Source of the DNA: Nageia nagi
Lineage: Eukaryota > Plantae > Pinophyta
Direction of reading: 5' to 3'
NCBI GenBank assembly: GCA_050084985.1
Contig: JBITNC010000001.1
Location: 21,576,001-21,640,000 of the forward strand
DNA: 64,000 nt
Part shown: positions 1-12,745 of the stretch, piece by piece
Position numbering within the stretch: position 1 is the first letter of the stretch
Layout of the letters: each line of letters starts with the position of its first letter
Position numbers and translations under genes: made by a program
The notes under the pieces: model-generated
Databases searched by the model: none
What the model was told of the DNA's origin: nothing
What the model saw: only the letters and a program-made list of their open reading frames with translations

Positions 1-3000
1 CATTTTTCCTTATAAAAATATCTTTTCAAACTAGATGATACAAATCCTTGGGCCAATATCAAAATGGTTAGAAAGGACATAGATAAATATACCCTAGAAT
101 GATTAATCCCTTATCTTTTGAATATCACTAATGAGAAAAGAAAATTTTATGGGATTAAAGGGTTCAAATCTAACTTGTCCCAAATTATTGTAATAATCAT
201 GGTATTGTGCAATGAAAAGGACATTTAAATTATACAACTAGAGCATGTCACTATGGCATGCCAAGCTATCAAGAACCACCCTAAGGACCATTAGCATTGG
301 TATGAGATGTTCAGTGAAACTTTAGCTATGAAACTAGTGAATAAGGATAGGTTGAACAAGTATCACTACCCCTCCTTACATTATTGGTTATTACTTCATT
401 AACATATGGAGGCATTCCTAGATCTTTAATTAGCTCAAAAAATGAACATAAAAATCCTTGAAGGGTATATGAATGGACATAAGTACTTAGCGTAAATAGC
501 TCATATAATAATTTGAAGAGATACTTTCTTTTCCGTGCCCTAAATTTTATTTTTGGTAAAGTTCACCCTAGATTGTCCAATTCATCTATGATCAATTTGA
601 AATAAGTGCAATTCTAAAAGGGTGATTTATATTTAACTGATAACTATACAATTATCATTTCAAATGAATTATGTGAGAAACCCATGAAACTTCCATTTTT
701 TTATTTCAAATTGGCTCTTCGTGATGGATGTTACAAGGCAAGAAAACTATGTGGAAACATCATGGAGAATCCTTAAGGGGAATAAGGGTCTATACATATA
801 TTCCCTAGGCTTCAATTTAATCCAAGTATATAATAAATTTTGTTGGGAGTACCTTAGTGAAAAAATGAAAAAACTACAACTAAAACAAATATCAATCTCT
901 TGGTCCTATGATCTTTTGGGATTCTTCATGGCTTATTTAAAAATAGTTAACTCAAACACCCTTGACTTTGTTAGAGTGTCTATGGATAAGTTTGAGAACT
1001 TCAGTAACAACTTTGAAGATGGGCCATTTTCTCTAGATGCCTTGCTAGAGACTTCTTTCCTACCTCTATGTTGACAAAGTACACTATGAGAATTAAATAT
1101 TCCTCTAACCTAGATAGAGAGATTAGCTTGCTAAGGCTCTTTAAAAAAGCCTTGATAATTTAACTAGCTGAAGCATAAGAAAAGGTGTTTTATACAATAT
1201 CATTTGTAGAGCAAGAAGAAGTCCTTATAGTGGATATGTGATCAAGATAAGATGTTCTAAAATTCATATGAAAAGGAACATACCACAAATATAATAGGGA
1301 CCCTTAGTAGAAGAAAACCAAAATTGTAGAAAAAATTCCAAAATCTGTAAAGGGAAAACATCAAATGACTATTGAGGAGTTGGTATTATTAAAAAAATAG
1401 CAAAAATAGTTTATCATGCCTAAAAAATAATTACTCTCAACCTCCATAAAGACTAGTGTTATTGGTAGAGTGGATGAAAAGATGGTTTCATATGAGGAAA
1501 TAGCTTATTTGAAGGAACTGCAAAGAAAAATCATAGAAGAATATGAGAAGAAAAGAAAGAAATAAGAAAATAAAGATTTTTCCTTATCCAAGTAGCTGGA
1601 AAAAGAAGACTCTAGAGAAAAAGAAAGTAATCTAGAAAAGAAATAAGTCATTGAAAAAGAATCCAAATGAAATGAAGGAGGATAAGCCTCCTAAGAAGCC
1701 TCTACCTGAGAAGATGATCCTACAAGGATCAACCACAGAAAGTGAAGAGCCAACTTCTAAAAATTTGTAGGATAGTGAGAATGGAGATTCTAATTTTGCA
1801 CAACCATTTATGGTAATTAGAATAAGGATCCATAAAAAAAATACCCTTTTTAAAGGTTACTCAATCAAAAGAGGAGACCCTTATTCCTAACAAAAGGAAA
1901 AAATAATACCATAGGCATAAGAGGAAAGGGAGAAAATGCTTGAATAAGTTCAAGGTATTTCATCTCTACAACACTCACTCCCAATAATCTCATAACATAT
2001 AGTATCAATAAGTGATAAGTTAGATTATGAATACATGGTTATTACTATGGTGTCCGTCATTTCCATCCAAAAGATTGATGCATCATCTTCTCCCATGAAT
2101 TATAGTAGTATTAACAAATCAAATAAAGGTTGGTTCAATAAGCATCACAAGGAATAAAAGATTCAAGGTCAGATCCAATTAGACACAATGTTTGACATTG
2201 AAAGCATATGTTAGAAATATCAACTACATGGAGTGATGCAAAGTTTGGATAACCAAATGATGCCAAGAGCATATCCCTATAGCTATGATCAGATAAAATC
2301 AACTGCATGTATAAGAGAAAGATAATGAGAGCATGATGAATTTGATGGATACTAACATTACAATGCTAGAAAGAAAAGTTGATAAACTAGAAAAAATATA
2401 GGCCATAGCAGTTGAAAAGAAAAAATTTCATCACATAGATAAATACATTAAACAGGAAAATTTAATATCTACAAGAAGCCACATAATCCTCAAAGATGGC
2501 TAAGGTTGTGGAATAGAGAGAAGAAGATATGAAGACTAAGGGCATAGAATTGAAAATGAAGAACAATCAAATTTAAGCCTTGGAGTTAGAAATCAATGCT
2601 TTAAAGATTGTTCTCAAAGAAAAAGAAAGAGGGTACAAATATTTAGATGAATAAAAGAAGAAATATCAAGAAGATCTAAAGGCTACATAAGATGCTAATA
2701 GTAAAAGAAATGTAAATATGAAAGTAGTGGTAGATAATTTTGTAAAAATAAAGGTTGATCTATAAGAAAAACTAAAGAGCAAATATCAAACTGCTTCTTC
2801 CCAAGGCACATAGGCATTGGTGAAAATAAACCTACCCCTTGATGTATCAAGGAGCATAAAGTTTAGGTATTAGCATAAGGTGATTCTAATTTTGGATTTG
2901 TTGAACTTAGTATAGGAGTATGTACTTTATTATACTGAAAAAGAAAATAGATGAATACAAGATTATGTTTGACCTTAAGAGTAGAATTGTGAAGATGTTA

Positions 3001-3480
3001 ATAGAGAATACTAACATTATCAAAGCCATGAATCAAAAGGAAATATCATATACTTGAGTTGGTAATTCTCATGATAAAATTTTGGATATGTCTTAGAAGG
3101 TGGACCATTTATAAGAATTGATGCTATGTATAGATAAATGTATAAGCAAATTGAATAACATATTAAAGATTTTTGATAGAAACATGATGCCTACCCTACA
3201 AGGGAGATAAAAGTGTATTTACATTAGATGAGATGAAGGTATTTTATTATGCAGCACAAAAGTTAGATGATAGTTTTGCAGATTAGATTGAGAACAATTT
3301 TGAAGATAAGTTCTCTAATTTTTCCCATGAGATGATAAAAATAGAGAAGTGGACCTCAAAGTTCACAAATATCAAATCAAATATCAGCTTAAATCTCATT
3401 AATCAATTTGTTTCCCTATAAATGGTCATTCAAAAAATAGGCATACCATTTGATGGGGATTAGGTTATTCTTAGCAATTC
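1..3480 (+). pseudogene. Decayed retrotransposon accessory ORF (helical N-terminal domain followed by a charged, coiled-coil-like region)
   Basis: 130-425 reads NEKRKFYGIKGFKSNLSQIIVIIMVLCNEKDI*IIQLEHVTMACQAIKNHPKDH*HWYEMFSETLAMKLVNKDRLNKYHYPSLHYWLLLH. Track ORF 721-1074 lies in this region. E/K-rich codon runs at 1500-1800 and 2350-2800. Many stop codons. Confidence 0.5.
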
Positions 3481-3731
3481 TATCAAAAGATACACCAAAG
3501 GATAGGATGGCCTAAGGTATCATTTTGTACATTTTGAAAACAAGTTTTGTATATAATTTCAATTTTTGAGCTTGAATTCAAGATTTGATGGCACAAATAT
3601 TCTAGCAAGTTGTTAGAATGTATATACATACGTATTTTTCCAAATAAATAAGAAAGTTTTGGTATGGGTATACTCATTTTTGCAACCTTATTGTTGTTGG
3701 AATAGCTATGCTTAATCAATTTGGGCATTTA

Positions 3732-4975
3732 TGTTGATGTTTGATTTTGGTAGAAGTTTGACAGTTTTGACATGTACATATTCTATTGAAAAATGTGATA
3801 GAAGCAATAAAGGATAAGACTTAACCAATTTTGGAGCATTTTTATAGTGTTCAATTTTGATAAAAGTCTAGTAGTTTTTGAGGCATGAACATTAGTGGAG
3901 TAGTGATGAAGTTAGTATGACATCACACTTAGCTATTTTCTCATATTTTATGAAGTATTTGATTTTAGAAAACATTCAACAAAGTGAGAGGACTAGTTTC
4001 TATCAAAATAGTGGGAAATCCTTCTAAGTATTTTCATTAGTTCAAAGCCCTTTCAAAGGTGACTTGAGCATAGAGAAGGGAGAATCTCAACTATATGTCA
4101 CCTTACATATTCAAATTTTAGAGATTCAGGTTCCATTTCTATAGATTCAAGCAAAAATGGAGAATTCCATCAGAACAAGTCCTTTTGTTCAAGTATTTGG
4201 TTCCAATGGCTCCATCAAAATGCAAGTACCTGTAAATAATGCAAGAACTCTGACAAAATGCATTGTATTTCTAATAAGGTGATTTCAACCACTAGATTCA
4301 AGTTTTGAGCTCTTACTACATCCAAAGCATCAAAATGAATAGAATATTATTCTAGAATCCTAAAGATTTGGATATAAACTATGAGTAGTATCAGAATCAA
4401 ATCTGATACAAAGTTAGTTATAGATATTTTCATATATTAGAATTTGTGAGGAGTTAGTTAGTGTATATTCCTTAGCAAGAAAACTATAAGTAGTAACGTT
4501 GTTAAGGAGAAAAGAGTCAAATATAATAGATATTGCTCATAATTTGTACTTATGCTAAATGATAATAGAATATATTTTACTTCTTGATCTCTTAGCTATG
4601 ATTTATTTTTCATTTTTCTTAAATGGTTGTCTAATGTATCTATTTACACTTCATGGATTGTGAGATATAAATAGTAGCTAATCTATATCTATAAAATTCT
4701 TGTACTTTATTATTTCTTGAAGTATCATTCTTAATTTGGTGGTTGTAAAATCAAACTATTCAACTAGCTTAGATTTTGCTGTAATGAATGTTTGGGTTGG
4801 TTCGAATTTGTTTGATTTGCTTATTTTCACTCAATAGTGTAGCAAATGTATTTACTTCTATTTAGTAAATTTATTTTACTCAATATTTGCTTTTGTAATT
4901 TCCATTTTTTTAGTTTGATCAAAGGAGCTAACCTTCTTCGAAGATCAATTTCTAGTAATAGAAATTGCATCAACA
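3732..4975 (+). repeat. LTR (about 1.24 kb)
   Basis: Perfect 8-bp terminal inverted repeat TGTTGATG...CATCAACA. The partner LTR is not in the window. Confidence 0.6.
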
Positions 4976-5729
4976 AAATTATAGTTGTGACTTCAATACA
5001 TAGGTGCATGTATTACCATATCTTAGTCAATAAAAGTATTTTGATTCAATATGCTATGTGATGTGAACATGTTAGAGGAGCTAGTGGGTAGATGTCACAA
5101 TAGAGGGTAGGTAAAACTCTTCACTAAAATGTAGGGTACTTATTTTCAAATCCCATCCCCTTTAAATAAGTTGATATAATTGCAAACCTTTTGAATAGTG
5201 ATAGGTGTCCATCATATTATGAATTTGATAGAATAGATAACCATATGGTGGTTTATCATTAAAAAATACTATGTACATTTTAATTTTTTTAGAAATTTGT
5301 ATAGTATAAAACATTAAATATTTATGATTAATATAAATAGGTTTGAAGTGCTTGAGTTATTTGTATCCTATGATGTGTTTGTATGGTGGAGCCTCCTAAT
5401 TATCATACAAAAGTAAAATATTATTACACATAAGTAATCAACATTAAAAATATTTGATAATAAGGTTAAATTATATTATAAAAATGTAGGTTTTAATAGA
5501 AATCCCAAAAATTGATCACAAAAATGGTTTCAAATAGTGAAACCACTACCTAGCTATAACATGGTGGTAGCACAAAAAAAGCTAAATAGAAGCTAGAATT
5601 TCTATAATATCCTCCATATTACATGTCAAGTAGCATTAAAAAACAAAATAAAAAGGTAAATAAATAGGAAAAAAGGAAACCATAATTTATGGGCTTTCCT
5701 ACCCAGTATTATCTACTACTTATTTTAGA

Positions 5730-7194
5730 CTAAGCTAGTACAGCTTTGAACATGAGACTATGTTGCTGCTGCATCTTTTCTAGGAATAGATTGGTCATGA
5801 GGGATCCATGCCATTGGTTTAATATTGAGAATATTTGGGGGCTTATTAACATATTCCCAACTACTTTCCTCCATCTTCTTTTTCCCTTTATGGCTTTTAT
5901 TCTTTGATTGGGCCTTCTATTTATTTCCCCATGCTCAAATGGAGGCACATTCAGAGGAGGGGGGATATTTAGTTGATTAGTTAGAGGGACATCTTGGAAG
6001 AAGATAGTAATGGGTACAAATTAGGTGGGAGAGTGGGAGCGTTGAGGTGCCCCTAAGGGGTTTCCTTACATTCCATCCATCAATTGGGGTTGAGTTGATT
6101 GAGAGCCTATGCCTTACATGTTCTTCAATTCCTCATCTAACTAAGGGGAGAAAACATCAATGGGAGATTGCTATTAGGAAATGGGGGGATAATAATGAGG
6201 AGGAGAAGGGTTCCTTTCCTATTAGGGTTTAAAGGAGGGGGTTCATTAGCAATATGAATAGGATTAGTGTAGGACTTACCCTAGGCCTCTTAGTTTGATA
6301 GCCATCTTAGATTTCTCCTTATGCAATGTAATGCAAATGGGGGAGCTCAATCGATGAGGGGGGCATGGTATGTTCTTTTAGGGATGGGCTCATTTTTTTC
6401 CATGAGGGACCTTTCCACAATATCCTTCTTGTTCCTCTATTCTTGGATCCTACCTCTTTTTGGCTTCCTTACTAAAAAACTATCCAATGTCACATCTCTC
6501 CTCTTCTTAACTTTCTCTTTACTCAAGGGTATGGGGGTAGCCTTCACAAAGTTACCACCTACAATTTCCTCACTCAAGTTCTTAGGGGTTTTGAGAAAGG
6601 CCTTTTTATAGAGAAATGTGATTAGGCCTAAATGGTGAAGTTACAATTCTTCCTTATTTTTGGCTTGATTAATGGAGACCTTGATTGATTTCGAGATGAA
6701 AATAGGAAACATGCCCAGAAATCCTCATCCCATTGAAAATGATTGAGTAGAATGATTTTTGGTCAAAATATTATAGTGTATCTATTGTTAAGCATGAAGT
6801 ATTTTGTAACCCATATGGCTACATGATTCTAATGTGTAGGAGGCTTCTCTTGATCAATGCCTATGCATTTCTTTACTGTAGATTCCTTTAGATTGAAGAA
6901 AAGCTATACTTACTTAGGTCTCACTTTAGAATTTTGCTTGAAAATTCTCCCTTATAGACTAAGGCATTGACTTCGATGATAACTTCCATCATCAAGTTGA
7001 CCCTAACCATGCCAATAGTCACCCAATTGTTATCAAAGTTCTCAAGGACTTTGGATTCCAATGCAAGATCATGGCCCTTACAATTGAGCATATACTACTT
7101 CACCCCTCCCCTATAGAAGATATCCCATACTTGGTAATCTTGCAACTCATAAAAATTCCTTGGCTCTCTCATGCAACTCTTCCTATTTTCCCAT
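5730..7194 (-). pseudogene. LINE-A ORF3 (accessory protein of unknown function, decayed)
   Basis: Reads REPRNFYELQDYQVWDIFYRGGVK*YMLNCKGHDLALESKVLENFDNNWVTIG...TH*NHVAIWVTKYFMLNNRYTIIF*PKIILLNHFQW...LHHLGLITFLYKKAF, then a basic and Pro-rich tail. It is colinear with 44680-45303. The 3' end is approximate. Confidence 0.75.
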
Positions 7195-7494
7195 ATTATA
7201 GGTTGGTGTTCTAGGATTTAGGGATGAAATTGAATTTGAATAGATGAGTAAAGGTAGCATTAGGATGAAGAGATAATGATGAGGTATGGACAACTCCATA
7301 GTTAGTGTGAGGTTTGCTATCTCATTCAAGCTTATATTGAAATCTAGTCCTCTAACCCTTCATATCATAATTATATATCACATTTGTTAGATGATTTATG
7401 CTTAAAGGGGTTTTATAGATTTGTAATGCATAAATGGTTGCACCACCCCTTTGATTTCCAAAATAGATCAATGACATCATCCAACTACCATGTC

Positions 7495-10400
7495 ATCTCA
7501 CCTAGTAGCACCTGATGTGTCTATGATAGACTCTAAGAGGAGTTGGTTAAGAAGGTCAAAATATTATGTATCCTTGGTGGGGTCCATTTGGATATAGTAA
7601 TCAATATTTTATCTAAGTAAGCTAGAGCATATGTGCCAAGTTTTGGTGATGTTACTATTGCATTCTTTGAAAAGTTGGTTATTTCTTTCTTTCCAATGTG
7701 CCCAATAGATATGGGTAGGGACCATTGCCCATATCAACTTGGTTTTCTTATGCTTGACTTCAATTCATCATTGTTTGATTAAATAAGCTAATGATGAAAG
7801 AGGAGCCCAATGATGGTGAAGTTTGGAATTTGCAATGTCCTAGATTTCACGAGCAAATTCACATTAAACAAAGATGTGATCAATAATTTCCTTAGCATTT
7901 TGACATAGAGAGCATCAATTTGGGAAGCACATACCTTTCTTATTAAGGATATCATTGGTGTGTATTCATTTGAGCACTAATGCCCAAAGAAAGCTAGATA
8001 TTTTGGGAATTAGGCCTTTTAGCCAAACATTAGTCCAAAGTCATTTCCTTCTATCTTTAAAATTTTTATTAAGGAAGTTGTACTCGATTTTGGTGGAATA
8101 TTCAACTTTTTTTCTTCTCTCGTCAATCCATAAAAGAGATTCCATTTATTAGGAGCGCTATAGGGGTATTCTATTTATTTTTATAAGGAATTGAGTTTGT
8201 AACTTGATGATAATGGGATTCTCAAGAATGGGGATATTCCATTGGATGTGGTCTTCATTATGGGAAAAATAGTCTGATATTTTGATCCCCACTCTTATTT
8301 TAGCCCAAATAATTAGGGGATATAGGTCAGGTTGGTCAGCAAATGATGTGTGATCTAACCATTTTTCATCCTAAAAAGGATTATTTGGCCATTGTTGATT
8401 TCCTAGAGAGCTTGCTAGCAATATTATCCCTTATATCCACTAACCCATTCCAAAAGGAGGAACCCTTGGGGGGATTCTTCAAGATGAGAAAAGTGTTGAT
8501 CCCTTCCATATATTTATTTTTGTAGACTTTAATCCATTCTCTATCTTCATTTTGATAGATTGTCCAAGATAGTTTCATGTGCATAGCCTAGATAACTAAT
8601 TTCATTTATCTTATCCTTCGATCCCCTTCACACATTTTGTAGCATACCATTTCCTAGGAAACTAATGACATTCTTTTCTTTTCTTCTATACCTATCCAAA
8701 TGAAATTTTTGTAGATCTAATCAATCCTATCTCCCACCATGGTAAGGATCTTAAAGATGCTAGCCATATAAACAAGGATGCTCTATAGGGAGGGCTTTGC
8801 ATGTTGAATCTTTCCAGCCAAGCTGAGAAGGACTTCTTTCCATCTAGCCATTTTATTCTTCAATCTTTCCATTACCTTATGCCAAAAACTTATTTAGATG
8901 TGACCTTTAAAGAGAGGCATACCAAGATATGTTGAAAGGAGTGATCCTAGTTGACATTGGAATATCTAAGCAATTTGGTTTCTTATCTCAGGGGGTGTTG
9001 AAGAATACAATACTTGTGTTATCATAATTAACCTTTTGATCAAAAGCTCTTTCATACTTATCTAAAATAGTTTTCATGATTTGGGCTTCACATATACTGG
9101 CTTTATCAATCATGATGGTATCATCCAAAAATTGGTGGTAGGTAATGGGATGATTATTTTAGGATGGTTTGATCCCTCTTAAGTTTCCATTCTAGCTGGC
9201 TTTCTTGAGAGTTCAACCTAAAGCTTCAACCATGATGATGAACAAATAAGATGAGAGGGATCACCTTATCTCAATCCCCATGATGAGGTAAATAAATCAA
9301 TCGCTTCTCTATTGACGAGTACTAAAAAGGTGGCTATAGATTTACATCTTTGGACCCATAATCTCCATTTCTCTTGAAAATTGAATGTTTTAATGAAGTG
9401 GAGATTCTTATGCATCAGGATGATACCATCAAAGATTTATCTATCTATAACAAAACCATCTTGTTCTTTGGAGATTATATTTGGAAGGATATCAATCATT
9501 CAATTAGCCAAAAGCTTCATGATGATTTTGTAGATGGTATTACATAGACCAATCAATCTAAATTTTTTAATATTGTTGGTACCATGTGCCTTTGGAATAA
9601 GGGTTAGGAATGTCGTATTCCAACTTTTGAGTAGAGTGCTAAGTCATTGGAACTCTTGAACAACTTTGATAACATCATCTCTAATTATTTTCCAAAAGTG
9701 TTGGAAGAATCTAGTTGGGAATCCGTCAGCGCTACGAGCCTTATCTTTATCCATTAGGAAGATCATAGTAGTGATTTCATCCTCTTAGAAAGGGGCCTCC
9801 AATTTGATGGAATCTTCTTCAATTATAAGGTGAGGGATATTTCCCAAGAAATCTTGAGCTATGTTTTGATCTTCCTCTAGAGTTCTTATGAGGAGTTTTT
9901 TGTAATATGAAACAACCATGTTCTTAATTGTGGCTTCAACTTTGGTTATACTTTTGTTTCTTTATTCAAAGAGGAAATTTTATTGAAGGATATTCTCTGT
10001 AGTGTTGAAATATTGAAAAATTTTGTGTTCTTGTTGCCTTCCTTAATCCATGTTATTCTTGATTTTTTCCTCTAGAAGATTTCTTCCCTTTTTAATAGAA
10101 TTTGGTATTGCTACCTAAGTGCATTTTCCTTTGAAGCAATATCAGGGGTCCTACCATGGCTCTAAATGAGACTTTCAACCAGATCAATTTTTCTCCTTAA
10201 TTCTTCTTTCTCCCATTCTATATGTTTGAATGAATGCCTTCTCCAAAACCTTAGGTTTTCTTTAACATAGCTTAATTTATTTTTCAACTAAAACATCTTA
10301 GTCCCCTATATATCAATCTTCCACCATTCTTTAATTAGGTCCTCTAGTTGGGGATGGGTGAGGCAAATGGCTTCGAATATGAAGGGTGCAAGTTTCTTAA

Positions 10401-11115
10401 CATAAGAGGAATCTTGAAGGAGAAGGGGTGTGTGATTGGAGGTGATCTTAGTCTGGGCCACCAAGGCATAGTTCAAGAATTTTTCAATCCATGTGGGGGA
10501 GCATACAACATGATCAAGTTTACTTTGAATCAAACCATCCTTAGATTGTATATTGTTCTAGGTAAAATTAGCACTAGTGAGGTCAAGGTCTATCAAATTA
10601 TTATTATTTAGGAATTTCATGAGGTCTTCCATATCACTTTCCTTTTCCTTACCCCCAAAATTTTTGTAATGGTGGAGAATAGTATTAAAATCCCCATTTG
10701 AAGCCATGGGATATTGGGGAACAATTTTCTATCTTCTATTAGAAGATCGAAGATCTAGCATCTTTTAGCTACATTATTAGGAGCATACAAATTGGTTAAG
10801 ACAAATTCAAAATTGTGCTCAACACTATAAAGAGTTGAATGATCTGATTGATTGATTAGGGAAAGGGTAGTTGACTGATATTATAGTGATGGTATTCCAT
10901 AATGTCATTAGACCACCTGAATTACCATCAAAATCTTGCCATTGGAAATTAGCTTCTTTCCAAAGTCTCTTCTTGGTATCAATAACACTATCTTCTCTCA
11001 CTTTAGATTTTTGAATTACAATAATGCTGAGTTTTTTGTTATACCAAAGATCTTTGAAGGATCTTAATTTTTTGAGGCTGTTGTAGCCCCTTATATTCGA
11101 TGAAAGGATATTCAT
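7495..11115 (-). pseudogene. LINE-A ORF2 (AP endonuclease, reverse transcriptase, zf-RVT), no RNase H
   Basis: MNILSSNIRGYN at 11115; SKLDHV...SNHTPLLL (about 10420-10520); DKARSADGFPTRFFQHFW (about 9690-9750); GLR*GDP (about 9270); HQFLDDT (about 9125); CSLCQNAKEIIDHIF (about 7870-7915). Multiple stops and frameshifts; 3' end approximate. Confidence 0.9.
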
Positions 11116-11119
11116 TAGG

Positions 11120-12477
11120 GGGGTTAGAGGCCACATGGACCCCACTCTTCTCTAGAGTGCATTATTTCCCATTGGTTATATCCTATTCAATCATTTTGTA
11201 TATGATTTCCCTTGTTGATGGTCGATCAATATGTAATTATCTCACATTAGGTGTTTTCCTCATATTTAAGATTTTCCTTGATGGTATTTCGGATCCCACA
11301 TCTTATTGTTGTGTAACTATGGCTATGGCTGATCTGTTTGTATTTTTGGCCTTTTTGATAACTCTTCTAATTTCACCTTCTTCATCCTCACCTTCCATAC
11401 CATCATTAATTTCCATATCTGCAAGTTCATTTTCTAAAAAATTAGTGTTGTATTCAACTTTCTCTCTATTGACTCCTTCTAAGATCCCTAGCATGGCATA
11501 GGGATTTTTAGTTGTTTGGGATTATGGGTTTCTGGGTTTTTCTTCTTGGGATTATTCAAAGGTTTTTCCAATGTTCTATTCACATTCCTATTAATGTTAT
11601 TTTTATTCGTACCTCCTTTACCTTTTGGCACTATTTTCCACTCATTCTTCCCATTTTTATTGGCAGTATTGAGTTTCTCTTGGTTGATTGATTCATCTCT
11701 CTTGGTCTTTCTCTCTCAATAATATTTTGCATAATGGTTGAAACTCTTGCATATGCCACACTATACTAGGAGATTTTTGTAAATAATTTGCTGAACCTAA
11801 CTTCTATCATCTTTAGTTAAGATTTTGATTTCTTTTTTGAGCATTTTTGTGATATCAATGATGGCTATGAATCTTGCATCATTGAGATTTTGTCTTAATT
11901 GAGTGGCTCTTTCGATTGTTACTAGTGTTTCAATGGCTTTTGCTACCTCTGCTATTACATTTGCATGCCAATAATAAGGGTGTAGTCCCAAAAGTGAGAC
12001 CCAAGTAGGAATTAGGTTAAAGTTTTCATATTTAGGTGTAAAGTTGTTGTCCCAACACTTAATAACCAGTCCTTTTTTCTCGAGGAACCATGTCCCAAGT
12101 TCAATCACATTTTGATGATCTTCCTCAAATTGGAATTTAAAGATCAAGAACTCTCTTGAGAGTGCAATGAGCGATACAGGACCTTTGGTACTCCAACGTT
12201 CCTTCATCCAAATTTTGATAAGTTTAGTTGGGGGCCTTACTCCCACAAATCTACCAACCAGTGCATGAAGCAAATTGCTTTCACCAACTTCTATAATAGA
12301 TTTAGGTACAATGATGCTTACTCTTTCCTTTGAAAAGTTGAGCTCTAGGATTTTGCTAATGGCTGCTTCCATGAGAGGTTTATCTTATAGAAGCATACTT
12401 CATCATTTTCTTGGGGGATTAGCAACTGTTTTTGTTCGATCCTTATTGGTCGCATTTCTTTGATCATTTGGCTCCAT
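11120..12477 (-). pseudogene. LINE-A ORF1 (DUF4283-like domain plus CCHC zinc knuckle)
   Basis: Track ORF 11797-12372 (HALVGRFVGVRP...FKFQFEEDHQNVIELGTWF...PTWVSLLGLHPYYW), followed by CGICKSFNHYAK at about 11730-11762. Confidence 0.88.
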
Positions 12478-12626
12478 TATGGCTGAATCAAAAAATGAGG
12501 TAACAGAGAGCTTCGACTTATTTTAATTTCTGTAATCCCGCTCTCTTCAAATGTTGGGGTAAACATCCAAAGAATCTTCAACATTCAAACTATTAATTGT
12601 ATCAGTTGAAGGATATTTTGATGAAT

Positions 12627-12698
12627 GGTATGATAGTATAGCGGTTAGGATATTGGATTTAAAACCCATTGACTCAACTTTGAATCTTGCAAATCACT
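12627..12698 (+). pseudogene. Degenerate tRNA-Gln-like sequence (tRNA pseudogene or SINE head)
   Basis: GGTATGATAGTATAGCGGTTAGGATATTGGATTTAAAACCCATTGACTCAACTTTGAATCTTGCAAATCACT is 72 nt and colinear with the plant tRNA-Gln consensus as I recall it. The A-box/D-arm (TAGCGGTTAGGA) is retained; the B-box and acceptor stem have decayed. A T7 run lies about 27 bp downstream. Confidence 0.6.
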
Positions 12699-12745
12699 TC
12701 ATAAAAAATATTTTGACACTTGGATTTTTTTGGCTATAATTGATA

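Larger units (their letters stand above)
1..4975 (+). mobile_element. 3' part of an LTR retrotransposon (probably Ty3/gypsy, Tat/Ogre-like): long accessory-ORF region followed by the 3' LTR
   Basis: Degenerate + strand coding sequence from 1 to about 3480, then GGGCATTTA and an LTR starting TGTTGATG (3732) and ending CATCAACA (4975). The pol region would lie upstream, outside the window, so the lineage is inferred from architecture only. Confidence 0.6.
5455..12577 (-). mobile_element. LINE-A: full-length, decayed L1-clade non-LTR retrotransposon (ORF1, ORF2, plus an extra ORF3)
   Basis: 17-bp TSD with 2 mismatches: TCAACATTAAAAATATT (5438-5454) and TCAACATTCAAACTATT (12578-12594). The sense-strand 3' end is ...TTATTATCAAA. 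ORF1 and ORF2 motifs are recognisable. Confidence 0.9.

Noticed and set aside
5078-5170. Possible tRNA-derived SINE (B-box-like TTCAAATCCC)
   Set aside because: The A-box and cloverleaf are too degenerate, and there is no tail or TSD.
7200-7270. RNase H start in LINE-A (HLFKFNF on the minus strand)
   Set aside because: There is no DG or later RNase H motif. The downstream sequence instead translates as ORF3, colinear with LINE-C.
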